DNA of 64,000 bases from Octopus sinensis. Its lineage: Eukaryota. The translations under genes and the position numbers were made by a program. Positions 30,600 to 44,441 of the stretch are shown here, piece after piece. Each line of letters begins with the position of its first letter. The first letter of the stretch is position 1. Below the pieces are notes generated by a model. The model was not told where the DNA came from and searched no databases. It was given only the letters and a program-made list of their open reading frames with translations. The stretch covers positions 1-64,000 of the forward strand of contig NW_021835953.1 of NCBI RefSeq assembly GCF_006345805.1. The letters are read 5' to 3'.

Positions 30600-33145
30600 A
30601 TCTGGAACCTAGTAATAAGGAAAAACCGAAGATAATCAACCTTTCAACCAAACTTCTCTCTAATATAAAAATTGACATCCTCTCAGAGCCAACCTAAATG
30701 AAATCAAGGATAATATAACAGAATTCTGCAGAAAATTAAGACTAGCAGAAGCATCAACCAGTTTCAATACTGAAGATGAATCACTAGTCAAGAACAAAAG
30801 TGAACATCCCCCACAGAGGAAGAAATAAAGATCTTGACGAGTTCTGCAGCCACATTGAGAACTTTCCCTACCATACTATACATAAACAGACAGTTAACTC
30901 AAATTTTAACACTGCACAATGGAAGGAACTGATAGAACTTCAAAATGATGAAGATATAACCATTAAGGAAGCAGACAAAGGAAGTGCGGTTGTAATAATG
31001 GATACATCATACTATAGAAATCTTGTAATTTCCTTGCTTGGTGACAACCAACATTATGAAAAAATCACCAACTACACCCCGCAAAAAATAATGAAAACTC
31101 TATCTTCACCCAAAACTCTATCTTCACCCATAATTAAAACCCATGAAAAGGAACTAACTGCCAAAGAGATTGACTTTCTAAGAAACTTTAAATGCAAGCC
31201 TAGCCTCTTCTATGGTCTGCCAAAAATTCATAAAAGCCAAATTATAAATGAAATCATTAAAAAATCACCAAAGACATACATACACACACCTAACCCGAGG
31301 GACCTAAAACTACGACCCATTGTAGCTGGCCCAACCTGTGAAACACACAGATTAAGTCTATTCATGGACATCCTCCTGAAACCCTTCCTTAAACATATCG
31401 ATAGTCATATCAGAGATGACTTGGATATGTTAAACCACCTTCCAAAAAAATGTCAAGGAAGAAACAATCATGGTTTCATTTGATGTAGTTAATTTATATA
31501 CCAGTATACCTCATACTTATGGACTAGAGGCAATACAGTTCTGGCTGGACAAATTTCCGGAAGAAATACCAAAAAGGATCAGTAAAGAATTCATTACTAA
31601 ATCGGTTGAATTCATCCTACATAATAACCACTTCATGTTTGACAATACATGGAATTGCTATGGGTACAAGGGCAGCACCAGTCATTGCGAACCTAACAAT
31701 GGGCTACCTGGAAATAATCATTTACCAGGAATCTTTATCAATCTTTGGAAACCCCCTCTCTCAATACATAAAAGGGAATTGGAAACGATTCCTGGACGAT
31801 TGTTTTATACTCTGGAATGAAAACACAGATAAACTCCTAAAATTTAAAAACCTATTGAACAGCATCAACCCAAATATACAGTTCACAATGGAATACAACC
31901 AAAAGGAGCTTCCATTCTTAGATATACTAATTAAAAAAATTAACCTTAAAATAGAAACAGACATTTTTTACAAAGCCACAGACGCCAAACAATACCTACT
32001 TTTTGATTCATGCCACCCAAGACACACTAAAACAAACACCCCTTTCAACCTTGCAAGAAGGATATGCACAATAGTGTCAGAACAAAATACCAGGAACTTT
32101 AGACTACAAGAACTCAAAAACACCCTAATTGACAGACACTACCCAACTCAACTCATAGAAGATGGGATCAGACGTGCAACAGAAATCGACATAGAAACTT
32201 TGAGAAAAGTTCAACACAACAACACACCTTCCCCGAAAATACTGCCTTACATATCCACATACAACCCCAGAAACAAAGAAGCCTTCACCATCATCACCCA
32301 GAATTTACCAATACTTCATAAGGACCCCAAATTAAAGGAAACTCTAAACATACATAAAATCATTAAAAGCTACAAACAACCTAAATCACTTAAAAAGATT
32401 CTCACAAAGGCAAAATTGTTTTCTGAAATTACGGATGCAAAAGTAAAAAAATGTGGTAGACCAAACTACGCAACATGCCCAAACATTCTAGAAGGATCAG
32501 AATTCCTCTTCAAAGAGGGACAAAAATTCAAGATCAAATCTAATTTTACTTGTGCTTCTGAAAACATAATTTATGTCATAAGATGCTCGGGCTGCCACCA
32601 AAACTACGTGGGGTGCACGGGACTATCACTCAAACGCAGATGCACACTGCATCGACAACAGATTGCATACCCAGAATACAGAATGATACCCTTTAGTGAG
32701 CATATTGAGAAATGCGCAAAGCAACTACTACCACAATTTTTAATCTTTCCATTTTATCAATGTGCTATTGGAACACCAACACAAATTAGACTAAACAAGG
32801 AAACATTCTTCATTGAAAAATATAAGCCCAAACTTAACCACTCTAACATTCTTATACAGAGAAACTAACCCCATTAAATAAAAGGGAAAAGAAATATAAA
32901 GCGATTATCTCCCTTACACCGGAAGAAATCACTTATTACCTCCCCTTACCTGGAACTCTTCTTTACACTTCATAACGAAGACATAACACAATGTTTTGAG
33001 AAATTTGAAAAGTTAACACGAAACCGGTAATTTCTTCAAAAACTATGTTACTGTATGAAAAAATTTTATAACATTCTTCTGACATAATGACTCAAATATA
33101 TTTTTTAACCTTTTAAAACAAGCCTTCTGTAGTTTTTTCACTTTT
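30600..33145 (+). mobile_element. Penelope-like retroelement, near full length, two frameshifts (RT + C-terminal GIY-YIG)
   Basis: IKEADKGSAVVIMD, FYGLPKIHK, LRPIVAG, SFDVVNLYTSIP, GIAMGT, WKRFLDDCF, IIYVIRCSGCHQNYVG; ORFs 30800..31483, 31470..31820, 31606..32868. Confidence 0.95.
32999..33035 (+). ncRNA. Minimal type I hammerhead ribozyme (U3-A8 variant) in PLE 3' UTR
   Basis: AGAAAT TTGAAAA GT-TAAC-AC GAAA CCGG TA ATTTCT. 6-bp stem I, palindromic ACCGGT, 130 nt after the PLE stop codon. Confidence 0.78.
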
Positions 33146-33150
33146 TACTA

Positions 33151-33207
<57 letters not shown>

Positions 33208-33729
33208 CACATAATGGAAATGTATTAAATAATTATGAAAGAGTCATAAAGATATTTGCAAAAATTTATAAAATAAGCTCTTGTTGATAGTGTCTGTCGG
33301 AATATTAGCAAAGTAGATGAGATGAAATCAAAGATCAATACAGGAGGTTTTATTGAACAAACTCTGTTTCATTGATTCTTTTACTAGTTTTCATAAATTT
33401 ACTTTTCTGTAGAGAATCAATTTTTTTTCATATAAAGTGCCCCCCACCCTAGCTGGGGTATGATCCACAGATTTATAGATCAAGATGTAAGCAGAGGAAT
33501 GTAGCTAACCTAGAGACGCAACACAATGACTGTTGTTAGGTTTATTCGTGTCAAGAAGAACATTCAACTATGAATAATACTTTAGATAAACTGAAGTTTA
33601 CAATATCAATGTTATCTTATGCAAGATTTTAGAACCATCAACTTCTGTTTATTGTTTTTTAACTCATTTTATAAGTTTTTAAAAACTGATTTGCTTTCTT
33701 TCTTTTTTGACTGATTTTATTCAAAAGAC

Positions 33730-33807
33730 ATGGCGAATATCAGACAGAAAATTGAGAATGGTGACATTGAAGGAGTTAAAAATATGATAAGAACGAATCC
33801 AACAATA
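33730..33807 (+). CDS. Ankyrin-repeat/RING protein, coding exon 1 (MANIRQKIENGDIEGVKNMIRTNPTI)
   Basis: Acceptor AG at 33726-33727, ATG at 33730, donor GTAAGT at 33808; phase 0 fits the next exon. Confidence 0.7.
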
Positions 33808-34809
33808 GTAAGTTGTTCTGTTTATTGCCTTCTCAAATTTGACTGTTTATTATTTTATACACAATATGAAATGTTTTATACACAATATGAAAAGTAGCCA
33901 CATATATTTGTCCATGATATTTCATTTCTTTCTTCACCTCTTTTCTCTAATCCTCATCATCGACATTTTAATAAATATTTAACCAAACATTGAGGCATGG
34001 CAGAATTGATGGAATGTGAGTGAGAAAGAAATCCATCACACACTGCAATGGGGTGTTCTGGCGGGCATTATTCAGTCCAAGAGATGAGAGACAGATGGAG
34101 CCGATAAATGGGTGGTGACTTTTTAAAGAAGTCCTCTTGCCATACAAAGTTGAAGGTTTTATTTTTTGCAAGGGCTACACCATTTTTTATAGAATTTGTT
34201 ACACATATGAAAACACTGGTGTGTCACATAGGAATCAAACCCCACTTTATAAAACTGTACTGGTGTTCATTGAATTTAGAAAGACACCTAAAGGGACAAA
34301 GGTGATTTTGTTTATGACGTTTTACTTTATTATTGAAATATTGGAAGTTAGAATGACAGGATGGCAGTCAATAGATGGGATAGTGTCTGCAGGAATATAG
34401 AGCAGGGCTTCTCAAAGTGGTCAATACCACCAATGTGTGGGGGCCGTGGGAACATTTTATATTAGTTTATGTATATATGACACTCAAAGAATATATAACT
34501 GAGTTTGGCAGAAGCCTCGTATTAAAGGTTGAATGAGTAGAAAAAGCGAAGTGGTGATGCATAAAATATTCAGTTATTGTGAGATGGTGTTATGGTAAGT
34601 AGGCACCCACCAGGGTGGCGAGAAAGGTAAATAAATAACCCCTTCCCCCGAAAAATGGCTAGGGGTTACCCAAGCTTCACTTCAGTAGGCCTGTCGATAA
34701 GATCTGGAAGGCTACAACTTCCCCTGTCGTATTTAATGGAAGAATTTAAAGTAGCAAAATGTAATGTAATGGTGTAGGATGAGCTTGGCAGACATGCAGG
34801 TATTACCAC

Positions 34810-35930
34810 AAGGTGTGGGTAACTGGCACCGCTGTCGCTCAGGCTGAAGGCATTTGGAGCTACGCGTCATAATTGGAGCTACATGTTGGGGTCGCAAGGG
34901 ACTTGGCTCTTCCTATTTCCAACAAAAGAAGAAAGCAGACACCAGGGAGAGGCGGGTTATGAGCCAGACAGCGGTGTGGAACCAGGAGGAAGATAAAAGG
35001 AAATCAAGAGCTGTGGAGTTGATATCTCTGGGTGCATGGACTAAATGGGATCTCCCTAAGAGGAAGCTCACATGGACTGACCTGTGGAGGCTGGAACCTT
35101 TGCACATCTCCTTCCTGCATGGAGCGGTGTATGACACACTCCCGACGCCAACAAACCTGTACAAATAGGGTTTGAGGGAAGACCAGCTGTGTAGACTTTG
35201 TGGGAAAGGGGCACTCTGGCACACATCCTGGCAGGGTGCAGAATAAAACTTTCTCAAGGCAGATACAAATACTTGCTCACACCCTGGAGCAGTAAAGGTG
35301 TAAGAAACATCATCACCAAGGGAAGATAACTGCCGCAATTAAGTTCGTGAAAGAGGAAGAGAAACCAGTAAAGCCAGCAAAAGCAATACATAGCTTGCTG
35401 CAAGGGTCTCAACCATGGGATATGAAGGTAGACTTCGGGAAGAGAATGTAGTTTCCCCAGGTTGTCCATATAACCCTGAGGCCAGATGTGCTCCTGTGGT
35501 CTGAAAAGGCCCAGAAAATTATCATAATTGAAAGAAGTCACGTGGGGAGCGGGTTGTAACGAGGCCCATGAACGGAAGTGTGACAGATATAAGAGCCTTC
35601 TGCAGGATTACAGGGAGAATGGATTGCAGGTATGGATTTTCCCAGTCGTGGTTGGCTGTAGGGGATTCCTTGCCCAGTCGGCATGGAGGATTTTTACAGC
35701 AACTGGAATGAGAGGTGAGGAGGGAAGGGTGGCTGTGCGCATGATGGGAGAGGCAACTGAAAGAGCCTTTTGCTGGCTTTGGTGTAAGAGAGAAGATTAA
35801 CGCTGGAAGGCATGAGGAGTTGAGGAGCAGTGAATTGGCCACCTCTGTTGGCCCACCAACGGTAGGGTGTTACGGTTCAGGGTCGAAGCACCCGATGAAC
35901 GAGGGATAACGTCTGACGACATTGGTTTCT
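34810..35930 (+). mobile_element. 3' remnant of RLE-type (R2 group, HERO-like) non-LTR retrotransposon
   Basis: GAWTKW, AVYDTLPTPTNL, CRLCG...HILAGC knuckle, RPDVLLWSE...IIIE, EAHERK..RY, GCRGF; stops and frameshifts. Confidence 0.8.
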
Positions 35931-36004
35931 CCTGCACAAGGCTCCATTCACTTTGGTTAATAGATAAAACACAACCGTATGGGTGTTATTAAATCGCATA
36001 TATA

Positions 36005-36036
<32 letters not shown>

Positions 36037-36309
36037 TGTGTGCGTGTGCGTGTATGTGTATATACAGACAAGCAGATGTGTGTGTGTATTATTGAGTGGG
36101 GGTTGTGTGTGCGTGTGTATGCATGTGTATCTATGTTAGTGTGTGTCCCTAACTACTAATTGATAACCGGTGTTGGTGTATTTGCATCCATGTTACTTAG
36201 CACTTAAGCAAAAGAGGGCTATAGGTTGCTGCTCACCAGACAGAAAAGGTACCACACATAAAAGACAAATCGAGGAGGAGCCCCAGAGTGGCCGCAGTTT
36301 CATGACTGA

Positions 36310-38770
36310 AACAAGTAGAAGAGAGAAAGAAAAAGAAAGAGAAAAAAGAAGAGAGGAAGAGAAAAATAGAAGAAAGAAAAGGAAAAATGAGAGAGAACTA
36401 TAGAGAAGACAAAAAGAGAAAAGAAACAGAGGAAGAGAGAAAGAAAAAAGGAGAGAAAAGATAAAGAGAATGAGATTGAAAAAAGAAAACGAGAGAGAAA
36501 GAGAGAAATGAAAGAGTGAGAGAGAGGAAGAAGGATAAAAAGAAAACGAGAGGGAGAAAGAAGGAGAAAAAACGAGAGAGCGAGAAAAGAAAGAGAGAGA
36601 GAAAAAGAAACGAGAGGAAGAAAGAGAAGAAGAAAGGGAGAGAGAAAGAGAGAAAAGAAAGAGAGAGAGAGAGGAAAAAACGAGAAAAAGAAAACGAGAA
36701 ATAGAGACAGGAAGAGAGAAAACAAAAGAATGAGAAGAAGAAAGAAAAGAGAGACAGAAAGAGAAAAAGAAAGTGAGAAAAGACAATGAGGAAATGAGAG
36801 AGAGAGAGAGAGAGAGAGAGAACAGACAAAGAAAACGAGCGAAAGAGAGAAAAGAAAGAGATAGGGAGAGAGAGAGTAAGGAAACAGAGAGAGAAAGAGA
36901 GAAAAGGAAAAGATAAAGAGAGATAGGAAGAAGGAAAACCAGAAAATAGAAAGAGAGAGAAAAGAAGCAGAGAGGGAGAGAACGAGAATAGAAAAAGAGA
37001 AAGAAGGAGAGGAAAAGAGAAAGATAGAAGGTAAGAGAAGAAAAAGGGACTGAAAGAAATAAAGAGAGAAAAAGGGAGAGAGAAAGAGAGTAAGGAAACA
37101 GAGAGAGAAAAGGAAAAGATAAAGAGAGATAGGAAGAAGGAAAACCAGAAAATAAAAAGAGAGAGAGAAAAGAAGCCGAGAGGGAAAGAGCGAGAATAGA
37201 AAAAGAGAAAGAGGGAGAGGAAAAGAGAAAGATGGAAGGTAAGAGAAGAAAAAGGGACTGAGAGGAATAAAGAGAGGAAAAGGGAGAGAGAGAGAGGAAG
37301 AAAGAGAAAAAACAAACACGGAAAGAGAGAGAAATCAGAAAAAGAGGGATAACGAGAAGAAAAAGGGATAAAGAGAATGAGAGAAAAGAAAGAGGGAGAA
37401 TAGAGATAAGAAAGTGAGAAGGCAAGAGAGAAAAAAGAAAAAAGTCTGTCCTTTAAAGGGAGAAAAGGAAAAGAGGGAAAGAAGAGAAAAAGGAAATGAC
37501 AAAGAGGCACAGAGTAAGAGAGGGAGAGGGAGGAAGAGAGAAAAAGGAAAGTGAGAGAGCGAGAGAAAGAGAGAATAGAAAAATTGCCAGTGAAAAGAGA
37601 TAACAGAGAGAAAGAGAAAGAGAGGAAAGAAAGAGAAAGAGAGGAAAGAAAGAGAAAGAGAGGAAAGAAAGAGAAAGAGAGGAAAGAAAGAGAGGGATAA
37701 ATGGAAGCGAGTAAGGGAGAGAGAAAGAGGGAAAAGAAAAGGAGAGAGATAAAGAAGAGAAAACAGAAAAAGAGAGAAAAGTAAAGCGGGAGAGAAAGGC
37801 AAAAGAGCGGGGGAGAAGGAGAGAAGAGAAAAAGAGAGAAAGAAAGAGGGAAAAGGGTAAAAAGAAAGTGAGAGATAAGAATAGGAGCGGGGGAGAAAGA
37901 GAAAAGAAACAGGGGAATATAGGAGAAAAAAGAGAGTGGGAAATAGAGAGAGAGGAAGAAAGACAGAAAAGAGAGAGAGAGAGAGGAAGTGATAAAAGAA
38001 AAGAGAGAAAGATAAAGAGAGAAAGAGAGAACAAAGAGTAAGAGACATAGAGAGAGAAAAAGATAGAAAAGAAAATGTGAGAGAGTGAGAGAAGAAAGAG
38101 AGAAGAAAGGGGGAGAGAGAGAAAAGGAAAAGAGAAAGGGCATCAAAGAAAGAGAGACAAGTAAAATAGAAAGAGGGTGAAAGAGAGAAAAGGCAAAGAG
38201 AAGCACAGAGACAGAGAGAGAAACAAAAGAAAGGAAAGTAATAGAGAGAGAGATAAAGAAAGAGAAATGGAAAAAGTGATAAAGAGAAAGAAAAAGAGAG
38301 AAAGAGAAAGAAAAGAGAGAAAGAAAGAAAAGTGAAATGGAAAAAGAGAGAAAAGAATGAGAGAGAGAGAAAAAGAGGAAAAAGAGAGAGAAGAAAAAGG
38401 GAAAGAGAAAGAATGTAAGAATAGAAAGAGAAAGAAATGAAAGAGAGAGAGGGAGACGGAGAGAGAAAGAGAGAAATTGAAAAATAGATCAAGAGAAAGA
38501 TAAGAGAAAAAAGAAAAAGAGAATGAGGCAGGAAATGAGAGAGAGAAAGAGAGGAAAGGAAAATGGGAAAAGAGAGAAAAGAAAGAGAGAGAGAGAGAGT
38601 AAAAGGGACACGGAGAGAGAAAGAGAAAGAAAGACAGAGAAGGAGAAAGAAAGAGAGAGAAAGTGAGAAAAGTAAGAGAAGGAAAGAAATGAAAGAGGGA
38701 GATAGAGAGAGAAAGAGGAAAGAAAACGAGAAAGAGCGTGAGAGAAAAGAGAGAAAAGAGAGAGAGAGAA
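36310..38770 (+). repeat. ~2.45-kb polypurine (A/G) tract following a degenerate SINE 3' end (~36165-36315)
   Basis: Almost only A/G on +; internal ~205-bp duplication ~36872-37080 / ~37085-37288. Confidence 0.95.
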
Positions 38771-38815
38771 AATGGAATTTCTCTATTTCACATGTCCTCA
38801 CTTTCTTCATTACAG

Positions 38816-38973
38816 ATTCACCAACGTTATGGTGAATTGGGACGAACTCCTCTAATGTTGGTCTGTATAAAGGGCGCCGATAGAAGAATACTCGAGACCT
38901 TGATAGATGCAGGAGGAGAGGTGGGAGCAAAAGACTGCGAGGGTTGTACAGCCTTACATTTGGCTGTGTATTG
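38816..38973 (+). CDS. Ankyrin/RING gene exon 2 (IHQRYGELGRTPLM...GCTALHLAVY)
   Basis: TTACAG acceptor, GTAAGT donor, two ankyrin motifs; phase 0 to 2. Confidence 0.92.
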
Positions 38974-39177
38974 GTAAGTTGAGAATCAAGTAAAATCTCC
39001 AGATGTGTTTTTGTTTGTAAATTTGTTGCAATTGCAGACACAGGTTCAATATCCAAAGAGGCCATAATAGTGGCAGTGGGACAGCAGCACAACAGCAGAC
39101 TAGCAAACAACAACAACAACAAGATTCTCTTTAGTCATCGATCCAATTCATTAGTCATTATTCAATCAAAATAATCC

Positions 39178-40017
39178 CGATGATGACGATAACGGCGATG
39201 ATGATTATGATGATGATAATGATGATGATAATGATGATGATGATAGTGATTATGTTGATGATGATTATGATGACTAAGATGCTGATGATTATGATGAGGA
39301 TAATGATGATGATGAGGAGGAGGGGAGGAGGATTATGATGAAGTTCATGGTGATTATGATGATTATGATGATGATGATGATAATGATGATGATTACGATG
39401 ACGACGATGATGATGATGACGAGGATTATGCTGAGGATGATAATGATGATGATTGTGATGATGCTGATGGAGGCGATGATGATCATTATAATGATGATTA
39501 TGATGATGATGATGATGATTATGATGATGATAATGAGGATGACGACGTTGATGATGATGGCGACCATGATTATGATTATGTTGATGATAACAATGATGAT
39601 GAAGATGGTGATAATAATGATGATTGTGATGATGATGATGATGATGATGTGGATGATGATGAGGATGATGATGCTAATGATGATGACGATGATTATCATG
39701 ATGATTATGATGATGATGATGATGATGATTATGACGATATTATTATGATGATGATGACGATGATGATGATTATGATGATGATGGTGTTGGCAATGAGGGT
39801 GATGATGATGATGGAGAGGATAAGTTTGATGATGAAGGCAATGATGATGATGATGGCGATGATGATGAAGGCGATGAATGTGATGATGATAGTGATGATG
39901 ATTATGTTAATGATGTAGGTGGTGGCAAGGATGATGATGACGATGATGTTGATGATGATAATAGCGATGATAATGGTGCGGCTGAATTTGATGGTGATGA
40001 TGATGACGATGGCATTT
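39178..40017. repeat. Imperfect (GAT)n trinucleotide tract, intronic
   Basis: Visible; produces spurious poly-M/I/D ORFs. Confidence 0.95.
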
Positions 40018-40084
40018 CGTCTGAAAGCCAAAACAATTAGGTGTTTAATGTAAATTAGTCAATGTTTCTATCTTTTACTCTCAG

Positions 40085-40238
40085 CTGTCGTCTTGAAGCC
40101 GTGGAGCTCTTGCTATCTCGGGGCAGCGAGGTGAATGGGAAGAGCAAGGATGGCTGGACTCCTCTCCATTTTGCTGCAATCTCATCTCCGGAATGGACAG
40201 ATGGTGTGAGAGCATTGTTGCAACACAGCTCTGTTGAG
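40085..40238 (+). CDS. Ankyrin/RING gene exon 3 ([13 protein letters not shown]...GWTPLHFAA...HSSVE)
   Basis: CTCTCAG acceptor, GTTAGT donor; phase 2 to 0. Confidence 0.92.
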
Positions 40239-40315
40239 GTTAGTGACTATATATATGTGTGTGCGTATGTGTATGTGTGTGTACTTATATATATGTATAT
40301 ATATATATATATATG

Positions 40316-40409
<94 letters not shown>

Positions 40410-40674
40410 AATAAAATGTATGGATGTATATATAGCATAAATTGTGGTGTGCATATGTTAGTGTTTCTCTTCATTCATATTATATTCCGAAATAATCCGA
40501 ATCTTCTCAAAAAGGTTTTTCTCTAAATTTTCCTAACAACTTTGTAAAATTATGAGGAAACAAAATCTACTCCTGCGAATTTTTTACTTAACTCTTCTCC
40601 CGACCTATGGGGCACACTTATATAGGTACGTATATATAATCGTATATATAATGTATACATGCCTATAAGATATA

Positions 40675-40706
<32 letters not shown>

Positions 40707-40732
40707 GTATATACACATATATATATATAAGA

Positions 40733-40779
<47 letters not shown>

Positions 40780-41467
40780 CTTCCTGAGCCCCCTTAATTT
40801 TTCCCCCATAACTTTCTGGTGTTTCCTATTTTTTAATGAAAATCATTGATTTTCGATGACTATTATGTTGAGAAAACGGAAGCATTTGATGAGTTTCAAA
40901 CCAATCCCAACTCCAGACATAATTGTTGATTAAGACATGGATAGGGATGGATTTTCAGAAAATTTCATTAAGAAATATTTATTTTAAAAAGCTTCATGAG
41001 GAACATTCATATATATATAGGCACAGGAGTGGTTGTGTGGTTAGTAGCTTGCTTACAAACCACATGGTTCCATAAGAAATCGGTTTCTCGATTTTTTACA
41101 CTCATCGATTGTTTTTTCTTTTTTTTCGTGTAACCTCACTTTGCCCATGGGTTGAGAACCCTTCCAGCAAGGAAAATAGAACGTCCAAAATGGCTCCTGA
41201 TCCTCTGTGTAAAAAAGGGTTATGTTCAGATCACAACTAAGTTTATATATATGGGCAAAACACACACACACAAACATATACGTACATACACCTATTGTAT
41301 ACATGTTTTTGCACGCCTTTGCCCCTGCCACTGTCCCACCACCACCTCCTACCCGAGTAATACCATCAATTAAAGCAAATTTGGCACCCGGAAGTAAGTT
41401 TTGTAACAGGAATAGAGAAGCCTACCTTCTCCCGCAGAGATGTGAAAGTCATACCTCTCCTGGTCAA

Positions 41468-41841
41468 ACTAAAGCGTTTGACCCGGTCATAAAACAAACC
41501 AAAAAATAGTGTAATAGGTGTAAAATAACTTCCTCTAAACGAATATTACCCAAAAAATGCGCGCTCGCGAAAGGGAGTGGGGGAGAGGCCTCGGAATTTC
41601 ACATCGTCAATGTTACGTGTCTGCCCCGGGCACAAAAACAAAAAAATAGTATAATAGGTGTAAAACAACTTGTTCTGAACGATTATCAAGAACACACACA
41701 AAGAAAAGGCCATAGGCCTCTCCTCCCACGCTCCTTTCGTCGCGAGAGCACATTTTTTTTGGTCATATTCGCTTAGAGGAAGTTGTTTTACACATATCAC
41801 TATTTTTTTGTTTATTTTTATGACCGGGTCAAAGGCTTTAG
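41468..41841. mobile_element. MITE-like element with ~125-bp imperfect terminal inverted repeats
   Basis: CTAAAGCGTTTGACCCGGTCATAAAA...GAGAGGCCT (~41468-41592) versus AGGCCTCTC...TTTTATGACCGGGTCAAAGGCTTTAG (~41714-41841). Confidence 0.7.
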
Positions 41842-42562
41842 GTTAACCCCTCTCCTTTCGAAAACATGAACAGTTTCGAAACATTGTTCACAAAATAATA
41901 GCTGATCGTTTGCGAAGGAGCTTGTCTACAGTCAACACGTAGGTCTTTTGCTCTGGTAACCTCTGCTCTCTCCCATGTTCACGCACGCCCAGCTATATAT
42001 CGCTATGATTAGAACAACGGATTCAGCTAATTAGGAAATTAGTTGTGGAGAAACGGAGAATATCGTTTCTGTTGCCCGTATATATATATATAGGCGCAAC
42101 ACACACACACACACAAACATTACATATCTGTGTCTTTTACGCATACATGCTCGCGTGTGTGTATGCGTGACTGAAGCCATTCACACATACAAACATACAT
42201 AACAACACCTGTCTGTCTGTTATTGCCAGTAAAAAGACGAAATTATAAAAATCTCCCTCTCTCTATCTCTATCTCTCTCCCTCCCTCTCTTTACACCGTC
42301 GCTAGGAGGGGACTTAACTCATGTTTGCTTTGTAAACAATGGTAGCTTTCGCCATCTTAAAAATTTAGAAGTTATGGCTCAAAATTATTTACCGTTATTT
42401 GCGGGTGTCTCGGGGGAAAATAATTTGACGAAATTACAGCTGGGATCGTGACTAATGTCCTCCTAAAATTTGAGCGGCATGCGTGTTAATTTGTGGATAT
42501 GCATAAATTACAAAAACGTACACACACATTTGCCTTATATATATACAGATATATATATATGT

Positions 42563-42614
<52 letters not shown>

Positions 42615-42654
42615 ATATCTCTCTCTCTCTCTCTCTCTTTTTCTCTCTCTCTCT

Positions 42655-42708
<54 letters not shown>

Positions 42709-42734
42709 GCGTGTGTGTGTGTGTTATGTGTGTC

Positions 42735-42940
42735 TGTGTGTACGTTCGTGTGTTTGTGTGTCTGTGTTTGTCCCCCAACATCGCTTGACAACCGATGCTG
42801 GTGTGTTTACGTCCCCATTACCTAGCGGTTCTGCAAAATAACCGATAAAATAAGTACTATGCTTCCAGGGGTCGATTTGCTTGACTAACGACAGTGCCCC
42901 AGCATGGCCACAGTCACATGACTGAAACAAATGAAAGAAT
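42735..42940 (+). mobile_element. tRNA-SINE 3' half
   Basis: Matches ~18340-18540; 3' hairpin CAGTC-ACAT-GACTG. Confidence 0.8.
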
Positions 42941-43275
42941 AAAAGAACAAATGTAACTATGAACACACACACACGCGAACACACATATATACACACACAC
43001 ACGCATTTTGCTGCTCTATGTGTTTATTCATTGAGTTATTCATCCTATATGCGTGTGTATAAATATATTTATACGTACATATGTATGTGTGTATACACGT
43101 ATGTGTATATAGAATAGAAATCTCTATTACCTACTCCCCACCCCAATCATTCCACCTGTTTAATTAATTTCATTCCTTCTCTTCTCTTTTTCTTTGAGTT
43201 TTTCTTTTAATTCTTCACCACCCGACTCCCCTTTTCAGACACCATTTTTAATGTTTTTATTCTTTTCTTTTTCAG

Positions 43276-43430
43276 GTGAATCCTCGAGATGTAGATGGTC
43301 AAACACCGCTGCACCGGGCCTGTTCGCGGGGACACTTGCACACTGTCGACATGTTGTTGGGTCACAATGGCATTGATGCCACTGTTGTGAACAACGATGG
43401 AGACACACCACTGCATGTGGCAGTTCGGGG
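43276..43430 (+). CDS. Ankyrin/RING gene exon 4 (VNPRDVDGQTPLHRAC...DGDTPLHVAVR)
   Basis: TTTCAG acceptor, GTAAGT donor, two TPLH motifs; phase 0 to 2. Confidence 0.93.
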
Positions 43431-43717
43431 GTAAGTACCCTTTGAATCTGGAATATCCAAATCTATTTCTTTTATGTTTTCAATAATGTTTGTTTCTTTT
43501 TCATTCAGTCATTCATGTCATAATCCCACCATGGGGTCATTGTCTTTCTTCTCTCTTTCGCACTGAAATAACACTGTAATCTGCTTCATTAATTAATCAT
43601 CACCATAATTGTTATTGTTGTTGCCTGACTGGACACTTTACTTCATCTCGTTCTCCATTTCCTCAACGTCACAGGTTCAAATCCTCTCTCTTCTCCCTTT
43701 CATCCCGTCTAGAACTA

Positions 43718-43754
<37 letters not shown>

Positions 43755-44404
43755 TCCTCACTCTCTCTCCTTTGTAGTTTCCCTATTTACCCAGACCCTG
43801 GGCTAAATACAGAATCATCCCCTTACAGTATTTGCATTTGTGTCTTTTATGTTCCACGTTCAAATCCTACCAGAATATTTACTATCACTCTGGGGTCAAT
43901 ATAATCTGTACCAGTAATATCCAGGGGTTACTTTAATAAACTGTCTTCCCTCTTTTCTCCTTTTCTTGTTTCTTATTACTTTTGAAGAAAATAAGTTGTG
44001 TTATTTTATTTACGTTCAGAGTTCAAATCCTGCCAAGGTCAACTTCTTCCACCTTTTCAAGGTTGATAAAATACAATACCAGTCATGTACTGGGGTTCAT
44101 ATGATTACCTGTAGCCCTTCTTTCCTTCCTTAATTTCATGTTTATATAAACTGTCAGAATTCTTAGCAGTATTTTTCCTGTTTTTACATTTCTGGATTTA
44201 CTCAGGTGTGTATATATCATTGTTCTACTGTGTAGAGTGTGTATTAAATAAATATATGTGCGTGTGAGTATGTGTGTAATAATTGCTGTAATTAAGTTAC
44301 TGTGACCTAATTACATTTGTTTTCTTTAATGACCTAATAACTATTATCACAAGCTCTGTGATGTTTTTTTTTCATGCTTTTCTTTTCTCATCCATTACTT
44401 TCAG

Positions 44405-44441
44405 GCGAAAGTATAAAGTGGTGTGTCTGATGCTGAACCAG
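44405..44441 (+). CDS. Ankyrin/RING gene exon 5 (GRKYKVVCLMLNQ)
   Basis: TTTCAG acceptor, GTTAGT donor; phase 2 to 0 bridges exons 4 and 6 exactly. Confidence 0.8.

Noticed and set aside
36193-39122. 340-600 aa Phe/Ser/Leu-rich minus-strand ORFs
   Set aside because: The antisense of a polypurine tract cannot contain many stops; not membrane proteins.
39289-40031. Poly-Asp/Met/Ile ORFs
   Set aside because: (GAT)n tract inside the intron between phase-compatible exons 2 and 3.
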